Made by a program: the position numbers and the translations under genes. 64,000 nucleotides of DNA from Octopus vulgaris (lineage: Eukaryota), in contig OX597836.1 of NCBI GenBank assembly GCA_951406725.2, positions 15,934,001 through 15,998,000 of the forward strand, written 5' to 3'. The notes beneath the pieces were generated by a model that was given only the letters and a program-made list of their open reading frames with translations, was not told the origin of the DNA and did not search any database. Shown piece after piece: positions 56,283 to 64,000 of the stretch; positions within the stretch are counted from its first letter, which is position 1; each line of letters opens with the position of its first letter.

Positions 56283-56786
56283 CAGGTCAATTGCACCTGT
56301 GCACCCACTACACCTACTACACTCTTGGAGTGGTTGGTGTTAAGAAGGGCATCCAGCTGTAGAAACCTTGCCAAATCAGGTCATAACCTGGTGCAGCCCC
56401 TGGTTTACCAGTTTTCAGTTAAACCATCCAACCCATGCCAGCATGGAAAACTGACGTTAAATGATGATGATGATGATGATGTGCCAACATTTGGCACTGT
56501 ATCCATTACACCGTTTATCAGTAACATATATTTGTTACACACACATTCATTCATTCATTTGACGTCTGTTTTTCCATGCTAGCATGGGTCAGATGGCAAC
56601 TTACTTTAGGCAGATAGAATAAGTGTGCATGCGGGCAACTCATTTGAAGTAGAATTCCACGACAAGATACACCTGGTTGCACTTCTAGGGTTTACCTAGG
56701 GCTAAACAACGATATTCTCAACTACTACATTCAACCAGTTTGAGACAAGGGTTTTTCTTTTAAATACCTCAATGCTTGGATCTTAC

Positions 56787-56849
56787 CAACAGCAACAAAA
56801 TTTTGACAATTATAGTTCTTAAATACTTCCATATATAATAACGAAACAT
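56787..56849 (-). CDS. Candidate first coding exon (MFRYYIWKYLRTIIVKILLLL), hypothetical
   Basis: ATG at 56849, 21 codons, donor TTG|GTAAGA, ~50 bp downstream of an ETS motif. Could equally be 5'UTR. Confidence 0.2.
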
Positions 56850-56889
56850 AAAAAGGACAGTAAATTTTAAAAATCATGATCCCTATATG

Positions 56890-57320
56890 CTTTCATACTT
56901 CCGTTTTTTTTTAACGATTATTGCTGTTGTAGCTTCTATTGTTTGTTTCTTCTACTTATTCGTAACTGAAACCATTGTTTGAGTGAACCAATATGAAAAG
57001 AATATACCCATCACCACCACCACTACCACCACCATCACCACCACCACCATCATCGATATCATCAGCAACGTCACCGTAAAGTCGCCCGCCACCACCACCA
57101 CCACCACCACTTACTCCGTTTCCACCATCAACACCACCAATATCAACAACAACTACAATCACCATCAACCCTACCACCACCACCACCAACAACAACAACA
57201 CACGACATTGCCGCCGCCCGCCTCCCATCTTCCCCTAACTTTTTTATAGAACTTATCTACAGTTGAACACACATTCACTGGTTTTTGGCGCCAATTTGAC
57301 AGCCTTTTGAAGTCTTTTGT
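56890..57320. promoter_or_regulatory. Candidate bidirectional promoter (ETS, GC box, E2F, CHR)
   Basis: ACTTCCG 56897-56903, GCCGCCGCCCGCCTCCC ~57210-57226, TTTTGGCGCCAA 57283-57294, TTTGAA 57306-57311. Confidence 0.45.
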
Positions 57321-57554
57321 GTTGTGTCACACAGAAAGTAGTAAATACAAAAATAGTGGAAAAGTACACCTGAGAAGACATGTGATTGAAGTACTGAACT
57401 AGATTCACTCCACCCAGACTGACTGGAAATATCGGTGACGAAATGAATAAAAGCTGAAATAAAAGTGTGTCCCCTTTTTTTTATATCTGTTTTAAAGAGA
57501 AGCAAAGCATTGTTTGTATGTTGGTATTAGGCCGAGATAAATCATATATAAACA

Positions 57555-57581
57555 ATGGTAGCACGTGTTCGGAGCAACAAG
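57555..57581 (+). CDS. Candidate first coding exon (MVARVRSNK), hypothetical
   Basis: Kozak-like AAACAATGG, 9 codons and donor AAG|GTAAAG, downstream of the E2F/CHR motifs. Confidence 0.28.
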
Positions 57582-58039
57582 GTAAAGCAGGGCAGTCGAG
57601 TTTTATTTGTGATAGATTTACCGTGGAACAATGGTGAATCAAAGCAGACTTTCAAAATAACGATAATAATAATGATCCTAATCCTCTTTATTAAAGGCAC
57701 GAGGCCTAATTATTTTAGGGGAGGGAGTGGGGGCTAGTCGATTATCGACACTTCAGTGCGTAACTGGTACTTATTTTTATCGACCCCGGAGGGTAAAAGG
57801 CAATATCGACCTCGACGGAATTTGAACTCGGATCGTAAAAACAGACGCAATACTGCTAAGCATTTCGCACGGTGTGCTAACGACTCTGCCAGCTCTCTGC
57901 CTTAATAACACTACTACTACTAATAATAATAATAATATGATAATAATAATAATGATGATGATGATGATGACGACGACCACGACGACGATAATGATAATAA
58001 TAACAACAACAACAATAATAATAACGACGACGACGACGA

Positions 58040-58878
58040 TTAATTCGTTTATTAGCCACAAGGGCTTACATAAAATTACAACAACATAAAAGACAAAATC
58101 AGCACGATACAATGGGTTTTACAATGTGTAAATAATAAAATAATAAAAATTAAACAATTTAAAACTCCCAGTAGGGGAGACGAATTAAGGGCCTCGTGAA
58201 AAAGTCACGGGTACCTGAACAACAGAGCAAGAGCATAGAGAAGGGAGGAGAGAGGGCACCCTTGACTGACCAAATGCAAGATGCTGAATGGCTCCGGCAG
58301 GTGACCATTCACCCGAATAGCCGAGCAGATGTCGCTGTGTAAAGCAGTGATCCAACTGCGGAAAACTGGACCAAAACCAGCTGCCCTGAGGACAGCCACC
58401 AGGTATTGATGGGCGACCCTATCAAAAGCTTTAGATTGATCTAAAGTGATCAGAGCCCCATGCATGCCAGTTTCATTACCGACCCTCTCTATGATGTACC
58501 GCAGAAGATGGAGGTTATCGTGAACACTCCTGTTTGGGATGGCACAAGTTTGTACCTTGCCAACCAGTTTGTCCACAACAAGCGCCAACCTCTTGGCTAA
58601 CACCATGGTCAAAATCTTCAACTCTGCATTGAGCAGAGTGATAGGCCTGAAATTCTCTATAATGTCCCCCTTGTTTGGGTCCTTTCTGAGCAGTGCCACT
58701 ACCCCTCGACAGACAAAAGTAGGAATTCTCCCATTTTGCTGCCAGTTGCAGTAGATGTTTACCAAGAGGCCTGCAAACAAGTCTGGCATCGAAGTCTAAA
58801 ACTCGTAGGGCAGACCATCCAAACCCAGCGATCTACCTCTTGTGCAACTCTTTATCGCTTCCTGTATTTCCGTAGTCG
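58040..58878 (-). mobile_element. L1/Tx1-clade LINE, RT fragment fused by internal deletion to its 3'UTR
   Basis: SLGLDGLPYEF...NFRPITLLNAELKIL...LDQSKAFDRVAHQYL..VL...GFG...VSQGCPLSSLLY. Minus-strand AATAAA at ~58050, then a simple-repeat tail. Confidence 0.9.
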
Positions 58879-59150
58879 ATGAAAAAGGTGGTAGTAGTAC
58901 CAGTAATTGTCGGAGCCCTGGGAACAGTGAGTAAAAATATTGAGAAGTACATGGAAGAAACAGGGGCTGCAATAAGGGTGGGGCACTTGCAGAAAACAAC
59001 ACTGCTTGGAACTGCTTGGAATTGCTTGAATACTCTGGATGGTGCTCAAAAAATAAGGGGTGTTACTTCAGTTCACTGGTAGTGAACAGCTGGCACCATA
59101 GTACATCTCCAGCAATAGAAGCTGTGCAAAGACAATAAATAATAATGATA
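58879..59150 (+). mobile_element. R4/Dong-like (REL-endonuclease) LINE 3' end
   Basis: VVVVPVIVGALGTVSKNIEKYMEETGAAIRVGHLQKTTLLGTA, then a short UTR and (TAA)n tail. Confidence 0.8.
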
Positions 59151-59585
59151 ATTCTTGTAAAGTTAGACATTTTTAATTAGTTTCCATGAACAACTAATCC
59201 CCTTCTGGAGATCTTTAGAGAAAGAATGGTTATTCAATATAAAGTCTTCTTCACACGATAGATGTCTGCTAAGAAGAACTTTAGGAATTTTGCAATATTT
59301 TTCATTTATTCCACTGACCTTAATGTAGGAACTGTAAAATGGTTATTTAATCTTCTTGAACCTTCTAAACATAGAAAAGAAAATTGTAATATGTATGAAA
59401 TTGAATGTATGGGTACAAAAGTATAGCTTCAGGGCCTTGGAGATAGTTATTTACATTAATTTTAATATTTTACTAATTTAATTTTTTCTGTGAAAAGCTT
59501 CTAAACTCTTACCAGTAAATATATTAACATGTCCATGCGTGATTGTATGTGTATGTGCATGTGTGTGAATGTGTAAATATGTGTA

Positions 59586-59644
<59 letters not shown>

Positions 59645-59748
59645 TGATAAAAATGGTAAGATAACAAAAGAAAGGAAAGAGACCTCGATATTATGTAAAT
59701 AGAGGAATTTATCTGTAAATGTAATATGTTACAATTAGTCGATAGCCA

Positions 59749-59813
59749 AGATAAAAACTCTGAGTTTCGGATGCTGAATTGGAAATTCACGCTGCCATCT
59801 CTTCAGTTATCCG
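59749..59813 (-). ncRNA. Type I hammerhead-like motif with extended stem II
   Basis: Minus strand: GATAA-CTGAAGA-GATG..TGAATT tcc AATTCA..CATC-C-GAAACTC-A-GAGTT-T-TTATC. Confidence 0.5.
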
Positions 59814-59818
59814 GTTAA

Positions 59819-59889
<71 letters not shown>

Positions 59890-61008
59890 GCTATCTAGCT
59901 ATCTATCTATCTATCTATCTATCTGCCTGTCTCTGTTTATCTATCCACCCATCTGTCCATCCATCTCTATATACATATATAGTCATAAATAACACAGCAA
60001 TATTTAGATGAACTTTCATTTAACAAAGGAAAAATCCAAATATCACAACAAATTCATTTCGTAACTCAAAAACAAACAAATTTGCCATGATATTTGGATT
60101 TTTCTTTTAAAGAAAAGTTAAATAAAAGTTCATCAAACAATTTTTCTGTCATATATGACTTTCTACACTCCTTATCTTTTCCTCTTGTGTATTACTATAT
60201 ATTCTATATGTTTTGTACAATGATACATTAAGGAGCTTTTTTTATGAGTACTACCAGATTACTTGAAACCATATATTGTGACATATGTTTAGTCGCTAGC
60301 CACTAAGCCTTTTTATTTTCTCTCTCTGCTTATTTCTGTGTTCCTTTCTGTTGAAGAGCATAGGCTCAAAATGTAAAAGACTTTCTTGTTTCCTGAGTGT
60401 TAAACTAATACATCTGTTTGTTGTTTGCACACCCATCTTTGTCTGTTACTTTGTTTTTTTTGTAAACTCCACAGAGCGTTGGGCCTCACTGAGGCAATGG
60501 CGAAGGACCGAGATCTCTGGAGATATGCTGTGACTGCAAAGACCTGGGCTGCTTCCTGCACCAGTTCCACATAGCCCCTGTCCCATTCAAAGTACCTTGG
60601 ATTCCAGAACATCCTGCTGTGCTTGAGGAGACCTGTTGAGTCAAGTACATGAACATTGAAATAAATATCAATGGAAATAGTAGTGGTGATACCTGTGCCG
60701 GTGGCACATAAAAAGCACCATCCGAACGTGGCCGATGCCAGCGCCGCCTTGGCTGGCTTCCGTGCCAGTGGCACGTTAAAAGCACCAACCAATCGTGGCC
60801 GATGCCAGACTCCTCTGCAGGTGGCATGTAAAAAGCACCCACTACACTTGCGGAGTGGTTGGTGTTAGGAAGGGTATCCAGCTGTAGAAACACTGCCAGA
60901 TCAGACTGGAGCCTGGTGCAGCCCCTGGCTTCCCAGACCCCGGTCAAACCGTCCAACCCGTGCTAGTGCAGAAAACGGGACGCTAAACGATGATGATGAT
61001 GATGATGA

Positions 61009-61115
<107 letters not shown>

Positions 61116-61687
61116 ATAAAACTTACTTGGAAATGGATGCATGGCATTCGGTCATATAGTAATATAAATAATATATATATATATATGCATATATACATAC
61201 ATACATGTACATACATATATATGTATATACACATGCATATATTGGTACAAGATGTCAAAAAAACGAAAACAACATGAAATACAAAAACAAGGAAACAATA
61301 AAAGAAACAAATAGAAAAACGAGACAGGCAACATAAAGAACAATCCCTTCATCAGTTGTCCACTGTTTTATCTACTCTGCATATACATACATGCATATAT
61401 AACAAATATAGGGATAGAGAAAATTACATCTTTAATTGTTGAATTCACCAAAGATGCAATTTTCTGTATGTATGTTTTTGTTGTCTAATACTCTGAATTT
61501 CTCAGAATTCTTCTCAAGGATATTTGGATCTTACTTATCATCCATGAAGAATTACCCTCAATGTGTATACTTCTTACATTCACTGGTATCTGATTACTGG
61601 ATATAGTTAATCAATGTCGTTTAAAACTGAGTGCTTTATTGATGTCTGCTGGGATTTTAAAATCTCTTTTTTCTTCTTATTACATAC

Positions 61688-61788
<101 letters not shown>

Positions 61789-61892
61789 CATATATATATA
61801 TATATTCTTTTATTCTTTTATTCTTTTACTTGTTTCAATCATTTGACTGCAGCCATGCTGGAGCACCGCCTTTAAAAAGTATTATGACCCCG

Positions 61893-61962
<70 letters not shown>

Positions 61963-62062
61963 AGTATGTATATAATTACTTCAGTACAGTAATTGACATA
62001 TACCCGTTAGTCCATATACTACATATTACTACATATATATTTATGTATACATACACATACAT

Positions 62063-62110
<48 letters not shown>

Positions 62111-62321
62111 ATAGATATATCAGTAAACTAGTTAGTAGTTCAAGGTGCATTGATTTCTCATCAGAAATGAGAAATCAATAGACTCTAATCAACACCTCTC
62201 AGTATTGAGAAAAATCATTAACTCTATTTTCTGATGTATTGAGTTCTTCTTCGTATGACTGGATTTCTTAATATCCTGATTAAGTAACCCTATCATATAT
62301 ATATATGTGTATATATGTGTA

Positions 62322-62374
<53 letters not shown>

Positions 62375-62420
62375 ATGTATGTATGTATGTATGTATTATG
62401 TATATATGTATATATATGTA

Positions 62421-62461
<41 letters not shown>

Positions 62462-62540
62462 GTATATGTACACATAAATATGTATGAATGTATGTATTTT
62501 CATATGTACTTATATGATGTATACAAACATATACATATAC

Positions 62541-62577
<37 letters not shown>

Positions 62578-62629
62578 TGTGTGTGTGTGTGTGTGCACGT
62601 GCGCATATCTTTTAGCTTTTATCTTTTCC

Positions 62630-62833
62630 TTGTTTCTATAATTAAACTATGTCCATGCTGGGGCACTGCCCTGAAGGATTTTAGCGGAACAAATCGATCC
62701 CAGTATCATTCTATCTTTAAAGCCTGGTGCTTATTCTGTCAATCACTTTTGGTGAACTGCTAAGTTACAGTGACATAAACACACCAACACCGGTTGTTGA
62801 TCAGTGATGGGAGACAAACACACACACAAACAC

Positions 62834-62866
<33 letters not shown>

Positions 62867-63411
62867 AAACTTCTTTCGGCTTCCATCTACCAAATCCACT
62901 CACATAGCTTTGGTTGGTCCAGTGCTTCAGTAGAAGACACTTGCCCAAGGTGCCACATAGTAGGACTGAAACCAGAACCATGGGACTGGAAAGCAAACTT
63001 CTTATCACACAGTCATGCTTGTGCCTATAATATATATATACATACATGTAGGCATAGGAGTGGCTGTGTGATAAGTAGCTTGCTTACCAACCACATGGTT
63101 CTGGGTTCAGTCCAACTGCGTGGCACCTTGGTCAAGTGTCTTCTACTATAGCTTCGGGCCAACCAAAGACGGAAACTGAAAGAAGCCCGTCATCTATATG
63201 TATATGTGTGCGTGTGTGTGTGTTTCTGTGTCTGCGTTTGTCCCACCAACCGATGCTGGTGTGTTTACGTTCCTGTAACTTAGCTGTTCGGCATAAGAGA
63301 CTGATAGAATAAGTACTAGGCTTACAAAGAATAAATCCTGGGGTCGATTTGGTCGACTAAAGGTGTTGCTCCAGCATGGCCACAGTCAAATGACTGAAAC
63401 AAGAAAAAGAG
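62630..63411. mobile_element. Head-to-head pair of family A SINEs (62630-63027 minus, 63049-63411 plus)
   Basis: Two near-full-length copies in opposite orientation separated by ~20 bp of (TA)n. Confidence 0.85.
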
Positions 63412-63733
63412 TATATATATAATATATATATAGGCATATATATATACACACACGTGTGTGTTGTTGTTGTGTGCGTATGTATGTGTGTGTGTGCGTGTGT
63501 GTGAGTGCATATGTATAGATATATATATATATATAGACTTTTTCTTTTAAGTGTATATATTTCAAAAACACTTTGTGATAATTTATAGAACATTGTCATC
63601 ATACATCTAATTGCAGCTGCTATGAAAAAAAAACATATCATTAATGGCTAACTATTGGTGCATGTGTGTGTGTGTGTATGTGAGTATGTATATAACGATA
63701 GACAGAAAGAGAGGTGGGGAGAGAGGTAGATTC

Positions 63734-63808
<75 letters not shown>

Positions 63809-64000
63809 ATGAGTAATGTTAATTAATGAAATATAAAAATATATGTAAAACCAGTCAAAGACGAAAATAACAATGAAATTGCAATGAAGAAGAGACAAAA
63901 ATCTCACAATTTGTAAGTCTATAGTTCAAACAACAACAATACCGTTGACCAATTGATACAAAGTTCAATCGCAAAAATAAACTCGATTGATTCACATCTT

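Noticed and set aside
61325-61362. Minus-strand CTGATGAAGGG motif (also CTGAAGA at ~8655 minus)
   Set aside because: No GAAA/NUH half of the core. At most these are decayed relics.
63840-63916. Plus-strand exon ending at TT|GTAAGT (YVKPVKDENNNEIAMKKRQKSHN)
   Set aside because: No upstream acceptor, and an in-frame stop lies just 5'.

Overview
Eukaryotic, AT-rich, extremely repeat-dense genomic DNA. The SINE/LINE repertoire and microsatellite load resemble a coleoid cephalopod (Octopus) genome; this is an inference from repeat motifs, not a database hit. Nearly all ORFs in the supplied track are microsatellite artefacts. The only recognisable protein remnants come from transposons: RTE LINEs, a Tx1/L1 LINE, an R4/Dong-like LINE end, two Tc1/mariner elements (one clearly DD37D), a Ty3/Gypsy RT fragment and a Penelope GIY-YIG endonuclease. 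The window also holds four tRNA-derived SINE families, a piggyBac-type MITE family and a solo LTR with a 4-bp TSD. No host gene can be named. Two unique islands look like promoters with first exons: about 29.2-30.4 kb, and a possible bidirectional E2F/CHR/ETS promoter at about 56.8-57.6 kb. The most interesting signal is a set of at least seven minimal type I hammerhead-ribozyme-like motifs. One has a canonical core and sits in the pLTR of the Penelope fragment. Four belong to a dispersed ~200-bp, mostly (TA)n-associated family that consistently carries a variant CUGU(U/A)GA core.
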